A stretch of 64,000 bases of DNA from an uncultured delta proteobacterium. GTDB taxonomy: Bacteria > Myxococcota_A > Polyangia > Polyangiales > JAFGIB01. The DNA lies in the NCBI GenBank assembly GCA_963778655.1, contig CAVZVA010000005.1, forward strand, positions 128,001 to 192,000, in the 5' to 3' direction. The notes beneath the pieces are model-generated. The model ran no database searches and was not told the DNA's origin. It saw nothing but the letters and a program-made list of their open reading frames with translations. Shown in pieces: positions 48,242 to 58,993 of this stretch. A program made the translations under genes and the position numbers. Positions within the stretch are counted from its first letter, which is position 1, and every line of letters starts with the position of its first letter.

Positions 48242-49345
48242 TCAGCGCTCTCGTCGCAGCTTTCTTCGCCGCTGGTGCCGGCGCTGCGCCAGCTCGATCA
48301 GCCGGGCGAGCAGCGCGGGGTAGGGCAGCCCGGAGTGCTCCCAAAGCTTGGGGTACATGCTGATGGTGGTGAAGCCGGGAATGGTGTTGGCCTCGCTGAA
48401 CAGCAGCCGCCCGCTCGATCGCTCCAGAAACATGTCCACGCGCGCCATCCCGGCGCACTCGAGCACGCTGAACACTTCGCGCGCGATCTGCTGCGCGCTC
48501 GCCAGCTGGGCGGGCGAGAGCGAGGCGGGGATGATCAGCTCGGCGCCTTGCGGGTCGAGATACTTGCGCTCGTAGTCGTAGAAGCCGCCTCGGGGCACGA
48601 TTTCCCCGGCCACGCTGACCTCGGGCGGCTGGGCCGGGTCGAGCGGCTCGAGCACGGCGAGCTCAATCTCGCGGCCGTCCACGGCGCGCTCCACCAGCAC
48701 TTTGTCGTCGTACTCGAGGGCGTTCTCGACCGCGGCGTCCAGCTCGCTCGCGCTCGCCACCCGCGCCACGCCAACGCTCGAGCCCAGGCTTGCGGGCTTG
48801 ACGAACACCGGGTAGCCGAGCTCCTCGCGCACCCGCTCGTGCACGGCCCGCGCGTGGGCCGGCCATTGGCCCGCGCGCACGCAGACATAGTCGGCGGTGT
48901 CGATGCCCGCGGCGCGGACCAGGCGCTTGGCCGCGTCTTTGTCCATGGCGATCGCGGAGCCGAGCACACCCGCGCCGACGTACGCCACGTCGCACAGCTC
49001 GAGCAGGCCCTGGACGCTGCCATCCTCGCCCAGAGTGCCGTGCATCACTGGAAACACGACGTCGACCGGCCCGGCCTGCAGCCCCTGCAGCACGGCGCCC
49101 TCAGGGCGTCCCGCGAGCATGACCTCCGTGCCGTGCTCGTCGAGCGGCAGCGCCCGCTGCGTGGTCGCGCGCAGGCGCGCGAGGTCCTGGACGTGCCAGC
49201 TGCCTTCGCGGTCGACTGCGATCGGAATCACCTCGAAACGCTCCAGGTCGAGGTTGTCGAGCACGCACTTGGCGGACTCCAGCGAGACCTCGTGCTCGGA
49301 GGATTTGCCGCCGTATAGGACCGCCACGCGGGTACGCTTGCTCAT
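48242..49345 (-). CDS. ddl: D-alanine--D-alanine ligase
   Basis: GGKSSEHEVS, HGTLGEDG, KPASLGSS, FYDYERKY and EANTIPGFT motifs. Confidence 0.96.
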   Translation of the reverse strand: MSKRTRVAVLYGGKSSEHEVSLESAKCVLDNLDLERFEVIPIAVDREGSWHVQDLARLRATTQRALPLDEHGTEVMLAGRPEGAVLQGLQAGPVDVVFPVMHGTLGEDGSVQGLLELCDVAYVGAGVLGSAIAMDKDAAKRLVRAAGIDTADYVCVRAGQWPAHARAVHERVREELGYPVFVKPASLGSSVGVARVASASELDAAVENALEYDDKVLVERAVDGREIELAVLEPLDPAQPPEVSVAGEIVPRGGFYDYERKYLDPQGAELIIPASLSPAQLASAQQIAREVFSVLECAGMARVDMFLERSSGRLLFSEANTIPGFTTISMYPKLWEHSGLPYPALLARLIELAQRRHQRRRKLRRER

Positions 49346-49356
49346 GCTGACGCGTT

Positions 49357-50454
49357 TCAGTACCTGAAGGGCCAGGCGACGAAGTAGCGTTTGACGCGAA
49401 GCCAGAACCCGAGCAAGCCGAGCGGCTCGAATATCAGGAAGGCGACGACCACCAGCGAGAACAGCAGCGTCGCCTGCTGGGTCGCGCTCAGGCCCGAGAG
49501 CATCGGTAGGTGAGGCTTGAGCGCCTCGAACAGCGACTCGGCCAGCGGCGAGAGCACCACGAACACGATCGCGCCCCAGACCGCGCCGAACACCGAGCCC
49601 ACCCCGCCGAGCACGATGATCGCGATGTACTGCACGCTCATGTTGAGGTCGAAGGGCGGATCGATGGTGATGTACTGCTGCTGGCATGCGAACATCGCGC
49701 CCGCTACGCCTGCCAGAAACGACGACAGCCCGAACGAGATCACTTTGGCCTTGGCCGGGTGCACGCCCATGACCGCGGCCGCGACATCGTGGTCTCGCAC
49801 CGCCATCATCGCGCGGCCGGTGTTCGAACGCTTGACGTTGTTGGCGGCCAGCGTGCACAGCAGGGCGATGCTCGAGAATACGAAGTACAGCTTGCGCTCG
49901 AAGGTCAGCTCGAGCGGGCCGAGCTGCAGCGTCTGCGAGAAGTCGCCGCCGGCTGCAGCGTGTCCGAGCCCGCTGTGCATGGTGACCGCAATGCCCATCG
50001 CGCCATGGGTCAGATCGGTCAGCGAGTGCAGTAGATGGTTGACCAGGAACAGCATGCCGAGCGTGACGATCGCCAGGTACAGCCCGGCCAGGCGCAGCGC
50101 GAACGGCCCGACGCACAAACCGACCGCGGCTGCGACCCCGCCTGCGAGCGGGATCGCCAGCCAGTACGGCGTGCCGAAGCGCTCGCCCAGGATCGCCGTG
50201 GTGTAGGCTCCGAGCGCGAGAAAGGCCGCGTGACCGAGGCTGATCTGGCCCGAGAAGCCGGTCAGCACCATCATCCCGAGCGCGCCGACCACGGTCACCC
50301 ACGCCAGGTTGCCGACCGTCAGCCACTGGCTGCTGGCCAGGAACGGGAAGACCAGCGCCGCCGGCACGGCCAGCACCAGTCCCAGCTTGTGCCAGCGCCC
50401 CGGAAACAACGCCAGGTCGTCCTCGTAGCGCGTGATTAGCAGGCGTGTCGGCAT
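49357..50454 (-). CDS. Branched-chain amino acid-type ABC permease (LivM-like)
   Basis: GQISLGHAAF, YLAIVTL, GRAMMAVRD and IVLGG.GS motifs. Confidence 0.92.
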   Translation of the reverse strand: MPTRLLITRYEDDLALFPGRWHKLGLVLAVPAALVFPFLASSQWLTVGNLAWVTVVGALGMMVLTGFSGQISLGHAAFLALGAYTTAILGERFGTPYWLAIPLAGGVAAAVGLCVGPFALRLAGLYLAIVTLGMLFLVNHLLHSLTDLTHGAMGIAVTMHSGLGHAAAGGDFSQTLQLGPLELTFERKLYFVFSSIALLCTLAANNVKRSNTGRAMMAVRDHDVAAAVMGVHPAKAKVISFGLSSFLAGVAGAMFACQQQYITIDPPFDLNMSVQYIAIIVLGGVGSVFGAVWGAIVFVVLSPLAESLFEALKPHLPMLSGLSATQQATLLFSLVVVAFLIFEPLGLLGFWLRVKRYFVAWPFRY

Positions 50455-50530
50455 GCGGGGCTCCGGCTCTGCAATATCAGGACCGGTGAAGGGACCTCAA
50501 GCGCGTTCGCATTCGCGGGATATGGAGCTG

Positions 50531-50595
50531 CAACAGGAAGGCGGCAAGACGGGAAGAACGAAAGGAATTCATCTGCGCTTGCCGTCTTGCCGTTG
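50531..50595. repeat. 9-nt-periodic palindromic intergenic repeat, copy 5
   Basis: caacaggaaggcggcaagacgggaag ... cttgccgtcttgccgttg. Confidence 0.8.
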
Positions 50596-50621
50596 GTCCG
50601 TTCTTCGGGTCAGGCCCGAGC

Positions 50622-51518
50622 CTATGCGCGTTTGACCGCCCGGCGGCCGAACAGGCCGTGGGGGCGCACGATCAGCACGAGGATCATCACCAGATAGGGA
50701 AAGACGCCGTGGAAGTTGTTGCCGAGCTGGCCGAGCAGCGGATTGAGGTAGGCCTGCGCCAGCACCTCGAGCACACCGAGGATCAGCGACGCCACCACCG
50801 CGCCGACCGCCGACTCGAGGCCGCCCAGGATCACAGCCGGAAAGGCCCGCAGCGCGATGAAGCCGAGGGTCGGGTCCACGCTGCTCGGGAACATGCCGAG
50901 GAAGACGCCGCCGAGCGCCGCAAACGTCCCGGACATGAACCAGGTCGCCCCCAAGATGCGGCCCACCGGAATGCCGTGCGCGAGCGAGGCCTCCTGGTCG
51001 CTGCTGGCCGCGCGCATCGCCACGCCCAGCTTGGTGTAGCGGATCAGCGCGAAGAACGCGCCCAGCGCCAGCGCACCGGCTCCGACCGCCGCGATCGAGT
51101 TGAGCAGAATGCGTGCGCTGCCGAGCTGCACCACGCGCGTGGTCTCCCACGGGGTGGGCATCCCGCGCGGCTCGACGCCCCAGATGATGATCACCATGGC
51201 GCGCAGGAAGAAGCCGACGAAGATGGTCAGGATCGCGCTGACGAAGATGGGCCGGCCGATCAGCGGCCGCATCACCCCGCGCTCGATACCGGCGGCGACC
51301 AGCCCCGTCAGCACCATCGCGCCCAGCAGCGCGAGCGGCCAGGGCAGGTGGTGGTCGCACAGCATCACCATCAGGTAGGCGCCGGTGCTCAGCAGCTCGC
51401 CCTGGGCGAAGTTGAAGACCTCCGAGGCGCGGTAAATCACGACGAAGCCGAGCGCGATCAGCGCGTAGATCGCGCCCAGCGCCAGGCCTGAGACCGTGAG
51501 TTGGATCAGGTTGCCCAC
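50622..51518 (-). CDS. Branched-chain amino acid-type ABC permease (LivH-like)
   Basis: GAIYALIALGF, NFAQGE, GVAMRA and RPHGLFG motifs. Confidence 0.92.
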   Translation of the reverse strand: MGNLIQLTVSGLALGAIYALIALGFVVIYRASEVFNFAQGELLSTGAYLMVMLCDHHLPWPLALLGAMVLTGLVAAGIERGVMRPLIGRPIFVSAILTIFVGFFLRAMVIIIWGVEPRGMPTPWETTRVVQLGSARILLNSIAAVGAGALALGAFFALIRYTKLGVAMRAASSDQEASLAHGIPVGRILGATWFMSGTFAALGGVFLGMFPSSVDPTLGFIALRAFPAVILGGLESAVGAVVASLILGVLEVLAQAYLNPLLGQLGNNFHGVFPYLVMILVLIVRPHGLFGRRAVKRA

Positions 51519-51585
51519 GGCACCTCCGGGCGCGCGGCGTAAGCCGCGGCCGCGCGTGCTCGGGACGGCGTTACGGGGGCGGGCC

Positions 51586-53430
51586 TCACGCGCGCTCCTC
51601 GTGCATCGCTTCGATCAGCGAGCGCCACTTGTCCGCGATCACGCGACGCCGCAGCTTCTGCGTGGCGGTCAGCTCGCCGTCGTGGTGCTGCAGCTCGCGC
51701 GGCAGGATGCGGAACCGGCGCACCTGCTCGGCCTCGGCCAGCAGGCGGTTGCAGTGCTCGACTTCGGCCGCGATCAGCTCCACCACCTCGGCTGCGGCCG
51801 CCAGCTCCTGATAGGAGCCGTGGGCCAAGCTGCGGCGCCGCGCCCAGTCCGCCACGGTTTCGTGCTCGACCTGCACCAGCGCGACCACCACCCCGCCCGG
51901 GCTCGCCAGCGCGAGCGCCTCGCGGATGAAGGGGCTGGTCTTGAGCGCGTTCTCGATCTTGTCCGGAGACAAGCGCTTGCCCCCGGCTTCGAGTAGGGCG
52001 TCCTGCTTGCGGCCGGTGACGCGCAGGAAGCCCTGCTCGTCGATCTCCCCGATGTCGCCGGTGCGCAGGAAGCGCTCCTCGTCGAACGCCGCCCGGGTGG
52101 CGGCCTCATCGTGCAGGTAGCCGTGGAACACGCCCGGCCCCCGCAGCAGGATCTCACCGTCGGCCGCGATCCTGTGCTCGATCCCCGCGAGCGGCTGTCC
52201 GACCGTGCCGATCCTGTGCCTGCCCGGTGGATTGAAGTGGCTGCCGGTAGCGAGCTCAGTCATGCCGTAGCTCTCGTGGATCGGGATGCCGACGCCGCGG
52301 AACCATGACAGCAGCTCGGGCGCGAGCGGCGCGGCGCTACTGCCGGGCAAGCGGCAGCGCCGCAGGCCGAGCTGCTCCTGCAGCGCGCGGAACACCAGCA
52401 GGTCGGCGGCCAGCCAGGTGAGCGCGTCGAGCGCGCCGGCCACACCGCCGCGGCGCGCGGCGGCGATGCGCTGCCCCTGCCGCAGGAACAGGAAGAACAG
52501 CGTCTTCTTGAGCCAGCTCGAGCTCTGCATCCGCATCATGGTGGCAGCGAACATCTTCTCCCAGATGCGCGGCACGCCCAGAAACAGCGTGGGCGAGACC
52601 TCGCGCAGGTCTTCCTGCACGGTGTCGACCGATTCGCCGAAGTGCACCACCAGGCCGGTCGCGAGCGGCAGAAAGACGCTGTAGAGGCGCTCGGCCACGT
52701 GGCACAGCGGCAAGTAGGACAACACCAGGTCGCGATCGCTCGCGCCCAGCAGCTGCGCAACCTGCTCAATGCTCTCGCACACGTTGGCGCTCGAGAGCAG
52801 CGCGCCCTTGGGCTGACCGGTCGTGCCCGGGCCGTAGATCACCATCGACGGCTGTTTCGGATCGAGCGCGCGCAGGCGCGCGTCGCCCAGCTCGGGCTCG
52901 GCCTCGAGCCTGCGCCTGCCCTGCGCGAGCAGCTCGTCCCAGCCGAGCAGCCGGGGATCGGCGTAGCCGCGGGTGCCGCGCGGATCGAGCACGATCACGC
53001 GCTCGAGTTGTGGCGCGGCGTTGCCGATTTCGATCACCTTGTCGACCTGCTCCTGGTCCGCGCAGAACAGCACGCGCGCCCGGCTGTGGTTGAGCAGATA
53101 GGCGACGTCGGCCGCGGGGCTGGTCTGATAGATGCCGACGCTACGGGCCGACAGCAGCTGGGTGGCGAGATCCGCGTACAGCCACTCCGGCCGGTTGTCG
53201 CTCAGAATCGCGACCTGGTCGCCGGGTCGCACCCCCAGCTCAAAGAGCGCGCATGCGGTGGCGTGGACGTTGCGGTTGTAGTCGGCCCAGCTGATCTCTT
53301 GCCAGATGCCGAGCTTCTTGCGGCGCAGGGCCGGACGGGCGCCGCGCGTTCGCGCGAACAGCGCCAGCCTGCCTGGGAGCGTCCGCTTGAGCTCCGCCTC
53401 GCTCGCCGCGCTCGCATCGGCGGGGCTCAT
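51586..53430 (-). CDS. Long-chain acyl-CoA synthetase-like AMP-binding protein (degenerate P-loop)
   Basis: YGPGTTGQPKG, LPLCHVAE, VPRIWEK, YGMTE, TGDIG and ELTATQKLRR motifs. ATGA overlap with the upstream ATPase. Confidence 0.88.
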   Translation of the reverse strand: MSPADASAASEAELKRTLPGRLALFARTRGARPALRRKKLGIWQEISWADYNRNVHATACALFELGVRPGDQVAILSDNRPEWLYADLATQLLSARSVGIYQTSPAADVAYLLNHSRARVLFCADQEQVDKVIEIGNAAPQLERVIVLDPRGTRGYADPRLLGWDELLAQGRRRLEAEPELGDARLRALDPKQPSMVIYGPGTTGQPKGALLSSANVCESIEQVAQLLGASDRDLVLSYLPLCHVAERLYSVFLPLATGLVVHFGESVDTVQEDLREVSPTLFLGVPRIWEKMFAATMMRMQSSSWLKKTLFFLFLRQGQRIAAARRGGVAGALDALTWLAADLLVFRALQEQLGLRRCRLPGSSAAPLAPELLSWFRGVGIPIHESYGMTELATGSHFNPPGRHRIGTVGQPLAGIEHRIAADGEILLRGPGVFHGYLHDEAATRAAFDEERFLRTGDIGEIDEQGFLRVTGRKQDALLEAGGKRLSPDKIENALKTSPFIREALALASPGGVVVALVQVEHETVADWARRRSLAHGSYQELAAAAEVVELIAAEVEHCNRLLAEAEQVRRFRILPRELQHHDGELTATQKLRRRVIADKWRSLIEAMHEERA

Positions 53431-54188
53431 GTCGCGGTCCCCCCCAGGTAGGCCTCGATCACAGCCGGGTTGCGGCTGACCTCGGCCGGCGAGCCCTGCG
53501 CGATCTTCTTGCCGAAGTCGAGCACGGCGACCACGTCGGCCAGATCCATCACGAAGCGCAGGTCGTGGTCGATCAGGATCTGGGTCACGCCGAGCTCCTC
53601 CTTGATGTCGAGCATGTAGCGCGCCATCAGCTCGGTCTCTTCCTGGTTGAGCCCGGCCGCGGGCTCGTCCAGCAGCAGCAGCTTCGGCTCCATGCACAGC
53701 GCGCGGGCCAGCTCCACGCGCTTGCGCACGCCGTAGGGCAGCACGCCGACCGGTAGCCGGCGCTGGCGCTCCAGGTGCATGAACTCGATGATTTCCTCGG
53801 CGCGCTTGCGGTGGCGCACCTCCTCGGCGCGCGCACCGCGCGAAAACAGCAGGTCGTGAAAGAAGTGCGTGCGGTAAAGGTGGTGGCGCCCGACCAGCAG
53901 GTTTTCCAGCACCGTAAGGTTCTCGAACAGGCCGAGGTTCTGGAACATGCGCGCAATGCCCAGGCGCGCGGCGCGGTGGGGCTTCTCTCCCACCAGCTCG
54001 TGACCCTCGAAGCGAATCGAGCCGCGCTGCGGTCTGTACACGGCAGAGATGCAGTTGAACAGAGAGGTCTTACCCGCGCCGTTGGGGCCGATCACCGCCA
54101 GCAGCTGGCCGCCCGGCACCGACAGCGAGACGCCGTCGATCGCGCGCACGCCCGAAAACGAAAGCTCGATGTCGCGAACCTCCAGCAT
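53427..54188 (-). CDS. ABC ATPase (LivG-like)
   Basis: [21 protein letters not shown] and VIEAYLG motifs. Confidence 0.93.
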   Translation of the reverse strand: MLEVRDIELSFSGVRAIDGVSLSVPGGQLLAVIGPNGAGKTSLFNCISAVYRPQRGSIRFEGHELVGEKPHRAARLGIARMFQNLGLFENLTVLENLLVGRHHLYRTHFFHDLLFSRGARAEEVRHRKRAEEIIEFMHLERQRRLPVGVLPYGVRKRVELARALCMEPKLLLLDEPAAGLNQEETELMARYMLDIKEELGVTQILIDHDLRFVMDLADVVAVLDFGKKIAQGSPAEVSRNPAVIEAYLGGTAT

Positions 54189-54202
54189 GGGGCTACCGTA
54201 AC

Positions 54203-54994
<792 letters not shown>

Positions 54995-55042
54995 CGATCT
55001 CAGGAGTCGGGCGGTGCGGCGGCCGGCGGCCCGCGTGGCCGC

Positions 55043-56410
55043 TCACTGCGTCGCGACCGGCTGCGCCGGTGCCGACGGCGCCGCAGTCGCCGTCTTGGCG
55101 CCCTCCGCGGGCGCGCCTTCGAGCGAGCTCGGCGAGGCCCAGTCCGACACCATGGTCCATGCCTTCTTCGCGAAGTCCGGTTTCATCACCCGCGTGCGGG
55201 TGCTGGTGACGTAGGGAAATTTGCTCAAGTCGATCGGCGGAAACAGGCCTCCGGCCGTGAAGCCCGTGATCTTCGGCACCACGGCCAGCAGGCCCTCTCG
55301 GGTCAGGTCGCCGGCCTCGATTGCGCGCTTGAGGATCTCGCAGGCCAGCAGGCCCTGCGTGTAGGACAGCAGCAAGTACCAGTCCGGCGGGCTCTGCGCC
55401 TTGCCGAACTTGTTGTAGGCCTCGATGAACTTCGGCATGCCCGGGCTGTCCTCGCCCCAGAACGGCATGCCGCTGACCATGTAGTAGTTGGCGAACACCG
55501 CCGAGGGGATCACCTGAGGGTTGAAGAAACCGTCGATCCAGGTCGGCGTCTGGCCGAGCCAGACCGGCTTGTACTGTAGCTGTGACGCGGTGCCGAGCAG
55601 CGGCCCGGTCGCGCTCGGCAGAATCGTCATCATCACGTGCGTGGCGCCGGCGCTCTTGAGCGCGGACACGATCGCCGCGAAGTCGCGCTGTCCCGGCGTG
55701 ACCGTCTGCTCGCTCACGATCTTGACGCCGTGGTGCTGCGCCGCCTTCTTCCAGCCGTTGAGGCCGTCCTCGCCGTAATCGTCCTGCTGATAGACAATCG
55801 CCGCCTTGATCGCGTCCTTCTTCTTGCCGGCCTTCTCCTGCTCAGCAACTACGAAGTCCATCGCGCGCATGGCCTCGATCTCGTACGAGGCGCCTGCCGG
55901 GATGGTGAAGCGGTTCTGTGCCATCTGCGACGACAGCGATGCGGGCAGCGCGATCATCTTGTCGCGCTCCAGCATGGGACGCAGCGGCAAGGTGTTCGGT
56001 GTGCCGAAGCTGTGAGCGATCATCAGCACGTCGTCCTTGATCTCGTTGTAGGCCTGGACGGACTTTTGCGGGTTGTATCCGTGATCGCGCTCGACCAGCT
56101 GGATCTTCCAGCCGTCGGGCAGCAGCCCGCTGCCGCCGGCGTTGACCTGCGCGGCCATCACGCGCTTGCCTACGGCCTCCGGCTTGCCGATGGTCGCCGC
56201 CGGTCCGCTCTCGTCGTTGAGCACGCCCAGGCGGATCGTCTTGTGCTCGAGGTCGACGCCCTTGCCGACCTTGATCGCCGGCAGCGCGGCCTTTGGCGCT
56301 TCGGTGCCGCGCGGCGCCGGCGTCGCCGGCGCGTTCTGGCTCTGGTTGCAGCCCGCGGCCAGCGTTGCCAGCGCGAAGCTGGCCAACAGCTTGTGCATCG
56401 TCGAACGCAT
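55043..56410 (-). CDS. ABC substrate-binding lipoprotein (LivJ/PBP1 family)
   Basis: Lipobox AAGC; IRLG..D.SGP, DHGYNP and YQQDDYGEDG motifs. Start is 56410 or 56422. Confidence 0.9.
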   Translation of the reverse strand: MRSTMHKLLASFALATLAAGCNQSQNAPATPAPRGTEAPKAALPAIKVGKGVDLEHKTIRLGVLNDESGPAATIGKPEAVGKRVMAAQVNAGGSGLLPDGWKIQLVERDHGYNPQKSVQAYNEIKDDVLMIAHSFGTPNTLPLRPMLERDKMIALPASLSSQMAQNRFTIPAGASYEIEAMRAMDFVVAEQEKAGKKKDAIKAAIVYQQDDYGEDGLNGWKKAAQHHGVKIVSEQTVTPGQRDFAAIVSALKSAGATHVMMTILPSATGPLLGTASQLQYKPVWLGQTPTWIDGFFNPQVIPSAVFANYYMVSGMPFWGEDSPGMPKFIEAYNKFGKAQSPPDWYLLLSYTQGLLACEILKRAIEAGDLTREGLLAVVPKITGFTAGGLFPPIDLSKFPYVTSTRTRVMKPDFAKKAWTMVSDWASPSSLEGAPAEGAKTATAAPSAPAQPVATQ

Positions 56411-56454
56411 GTTCACCCCCATTGGCTCCTACCCTCACCCAGTGTGGGACGGCC

Positions 56455-56485
56455 ACAGTAGACGATCTCTTGCAATTGATTCAAT
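56455..56485 (-). promoter_or_regulatory. Candidate sigma-70 promoter of the ABC/acyl-CoA synthetase operon, with a dyad over the -35 box
   Basis: Minus strand TTGAAT-N18-TACTGT in an AT-rich patch, with palindrome ATTGA-A-TCAAT. Confidence 0.45.
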
Positions 56486-56565
56486 ACCGGCCCGGGAACC
56501 GATCGCGCCGGTGCGCGCGCGCCGCTGGCAGCGGCCGGCAATCGGGCCCGCGCGGCGCGCCGGGC

Positions 56566-57369
56566 TCAGCGGCGGCCGTGGCGGAAGCGCGGCTGAGGCT
56601 TGGGCAGCAGTTGCGGGCCGAGCTGCAGCGCGTCCTGCACCGCGCGCTCGACTTCCTTGGTCAAGATGAGCTGGACGGCCTCGCCCCCGACGCCGCCGTG
56701 GAACAGGGCCTCGATCGCGACCAGAACGTCCTCGGGCCGGGAGCTGCGGCCGAAGCCGTGGCCGATCTTCTTGATCGCGTAGTCGACCATTTCGCGGGCC
56801 GCGCGTGCCAGCCGGCGCTCCAGAATTTCCTGCAGGCTGACCGCGATGTCGATGTCGATGCCGGCGTCGAGCAGGCGTCGCCCGAGTGCGAGCAGGGCGG
56901 GGCTGCGCACCAGATAGCGGCGGTTGCTACCCTCGCCCTGCGGCTGGATCCCGCCCTTGCTGATCAGCCGGGCGATCACCCCCGGTGCCGGGTTGCCCAG
57001 CGCGCGCTTGAGCTCTTCCTCGGTCACCAGCGCCGGGGCGTCCTGCGAGAGCGAGCCTAGCCGCTCGCCCAGGCCGAGCCAGCGATGGATCGCCTCGCTG
57101 TCGAGATCCTGGCGCGAGATGACGTCGCGGATCGCGCGCAAGCGCAGGCCCTTGTCCTGCAGCTCGCCGACCAGCTTGAGCCGCTCGGCGTGCGCGTCGT
57201 TGTAGACCGCGACCCGCCCGCGCTTGCGCGGGGCCGGCAGCACACCCTTCGCCTGGTAGAAGCGAATGGTCCGGCTGGGCACGCCGGTGCGTGCTGCCAG
57301 CTCGTCGATCGTGTACTCGCCCGGCCCGGGAGCCTCGTCTGCGCTCGATTCCATGCCCACCTGATCCAC
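56566..57369 (-). CDS. MerR-family transcriptional regulator
   Basis: YTIDELAARTGVPSRTIRFYQAKGVL helix-turn-helix. Start is GTG at 57369 or ATG at 57354. Confidence 0.9.
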   Translation of the reverse strand: MDQVGMESSADEAPGPGEYTIDELAARTGVPSRTIRFYQAKGVLPAPRKRGRVAVYNDAHAERLKLVGELQDKGLRLRAIRDVISRQDLDSEAIHRWLGLGERLGSLSQDAPALVTEEELKRALGNPAPGVIARLISKGGIQPQGEGSNRRYLVRSPALLALGRRLLDAGIDIDIAVSLQEILERRLARAAREMVDYAIKKIGHGFGRSSRPEDVLVAIEALFHGGVGGEAVQLILTKEVERAVQDALQLGPQLLPKPQPRFRHGRR

Positions 57370-57376
57370 CCATCAA

Positions 57377-57405
57377 ACCGTAACAGTGCTAACTGTAATG
57401 GTCAA
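57377..57405 (-). promoter_or_regulatory. Sigma-70 promoter of the MerR-family gene with a dyad operator in the spacer
   Basis: Minus strand TTGACC-N17-TACGGT; ACAGT-N4-ACTGT at 57383-57396. Confidence 0.6.
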
Positions 57406-58322
57406 CCGGGCTCGGTCTGGTCCGGCTGGCTCTCCAGAAACGCGGCGATCAGCTGGCCGGCCAGCGAGAAGCTTCCCGGCGGCACGTAGAAGCCGTGCGC
57501 GCGGCAATCGCGGATCACCTCGCGGCTGACCCAGCGCGCGTCCTCCAGCTCGTCGTCGCCGAGCCGGATCTCGGAGCTGGCGGCGCGCGCGATGAAACCG
57601 ATCATCAGCGAGGCAGGGAAGGGCCACGGCTGCGAGCGGAAGTAGCGCACGTCCCGGATCGCGATCCCGGCTTCTTCGGCGACCTCGCGTTCCACCGCTT
57701 GCTCGATGCTCTCGCCCGGCTCGACGAAGCCCGCCAGCACCGAGTACATGCCGGCCGGCCAGCGCCGCTGCCGGCCCAGCAGGCAGCGCTCGCCGTCATG
57801 CACCAGCACGATGATCGCCGGGTCGGTGCGCGGAAAGTGCTCGCTGCGGCAGCGCTCGTCGCGGCACACCCGCAGGTGGCCGCCCTCGCGCGGCAGCGTG
57901 GGTGCGCCGCAGGTCCCGCAGTGCTGTTGGCGGCGGTGCCAGTGCATGATACCGCGCGCATAGGCCGCGAGGCCGGCCTGGTCAGGCGTCAGCCGCGCAC
58001 CCAGCGCGCGCAGATCCTGCAGCTCGCCGCGGCCGGACAGGGCCGGGTGCTGCAGCGGCTGTTCGAGCGCGCTCACGTCGAGCGCGAAGCAGCTGCGCTC
58101 TCCCAGCTTGCCCAGCCACACCAGCTCGCCGCCTTCGTCGAGCAGCGCGCGCGCCTCGGCCAGCGGCAGCAGCGCGAGCCGCTCGCGGTCCACCAGGTTC
58201 AGGTCGCGGAACACGGGCAGCAGCAGCGTTTCGGGCGCGCGCAACTCCGCTTCCAGTCGATCGAGGTTCTTGCGCAGGTGAGCCGCGCGGTCGAGCGGCG
58301 GCAGCGGGGCGTCCTCCGACAT
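57402..58322 (-). CDS. nudC: NADH pyrophosphatase / NAD-cap decapping Nudix hydrolase
   Basis: CGTCG..C..C zinc site, FPRTDPAII, Nudix box GFVEPGESIEQAVEREVAEE and SQPWPFP. Confidence 0.95.
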   Translation of the reverse strand: MSEDAPLPPLDRAAHLRKNLDRLEAELRAPETLLLPVFRDLNLVDRERLALLPLAEARALLDEGGELVWLGKLGERSCFALDVSALEQPLQHPALSGRGELQDLRALGARLTPDQAGLAAYARGIMHWHRRQQHCGTCGAPTLPREGGHLRVCRDERCRSEHFPRTDPAIIVLVHDGERCLLGRQRRWPAGMYSVLAGFVEPGESIEQAVEREVAEEAGIAIRDVRYFRSQPWPFPASLMIGFIARAASSEIRLGDDELEDARWVSREVIRDCRAHGFYVPPGSFSLAGQLIAAFLESQPDQTEPG

Positions 58323-58367
58323 GCGTACCGAGCCTGTCACGCGCCACGCAGCCAGGCCAGGCCATGC

Positions 58368-58463
58368 CAGGCAGCCGGGCGGGAAGGGGCCCTCACGCCG
58401 AGCCGGCGCCTATTCCGGGCCCGCGCAATCGTCCGATCTTCCCGTCTTCCCGCCTTCCTGTTG
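58368..58463. repeat. 9-nt-periodic palindromic intergenic repeat, copy 6 (inverted, one arm decayed)
   Basis: tcttcccgtcttcccgccttcctgttg at 58437-58463; degenerate caggcagccgggcgggaag at 58368-58386. Confidence 0.75.
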
Positions 58464-58476
58464 CAGGGCCCGGTCT

Positions 58477-58980
58477 TCAGTCGGGGTCGTCCTCGGGCTC
58501 GGCCGGCACGATCTGGCCGCGCAGCACCTGCAGCATGCCCTCGACCTCGGTCGCGACCTCGAGCTCCGGCTGCAGCGCCTGCAGCCGCGTCAGGTAGTCC
58601 TCGGCCGCCGCGTTGTCGCCGCGCGCGAAGTGGCTGGCGCCCAGCAGGTACAGTGCCTCGGGATCGTGCTTGTCGCGCGCCAGCAGCTGCTGGCCCATGC
58701 GGATCGCCTGATCGTAGCGGCCGAGCGCGCGCAGCGCGTGGCCGGCGCCGACCATCGCCCCGAGGTAGCCGGGCGCGAGCTGCAGCGCCTGGACGTAGGC
58801 GCGCAGCGCCTGCTCGTAGTGGTGCAGCTCGAAGCACGCGGCGCCCAGAAAGAAGCACGCGTACTCGTTGTCGGGCGAGCGCGCCAGCAGCGCTTCGAGC
58901 TCGCGCACCGCGCGCTCGGGCTCGCCCTCGGCCAGCAGCTCCGCGCCCTCCTGCGCCGCCTCCCAGGCCTCCTCGCTCAT
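58477..58980 (-). CDS. Small TPR protein
   Basis: Consecutive TPR motifs, 13 nt downstream of purF. Confidence 0.85.
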   Translation of the reverse strand: MSEEAWEAAQEGAELLAEGEPERAVRELEALLARSPDNEYACFFLGAACFELHHYEQALRAYVQALQLAPGYLGAMVGAGHALRALGRYDQAIRMGQQLLARDKHDPEALYLLGASHFARGDNAAAEDYLTRLQALQPELEVATEVEGMLQVLRGQIVPAEPEDDPD

Positions 58981-58993
58981 GGCTGGCCGTGTC

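Noticed and set aside
48242..49345. D-Ala-D-Lac (vancomycin resistance) ligase
   Set aside because: The omega loop FYDYERKY has the Tyr of D-Ala-D-Ala ligases, and there are no vanH, vanX or vanRS neighbours.
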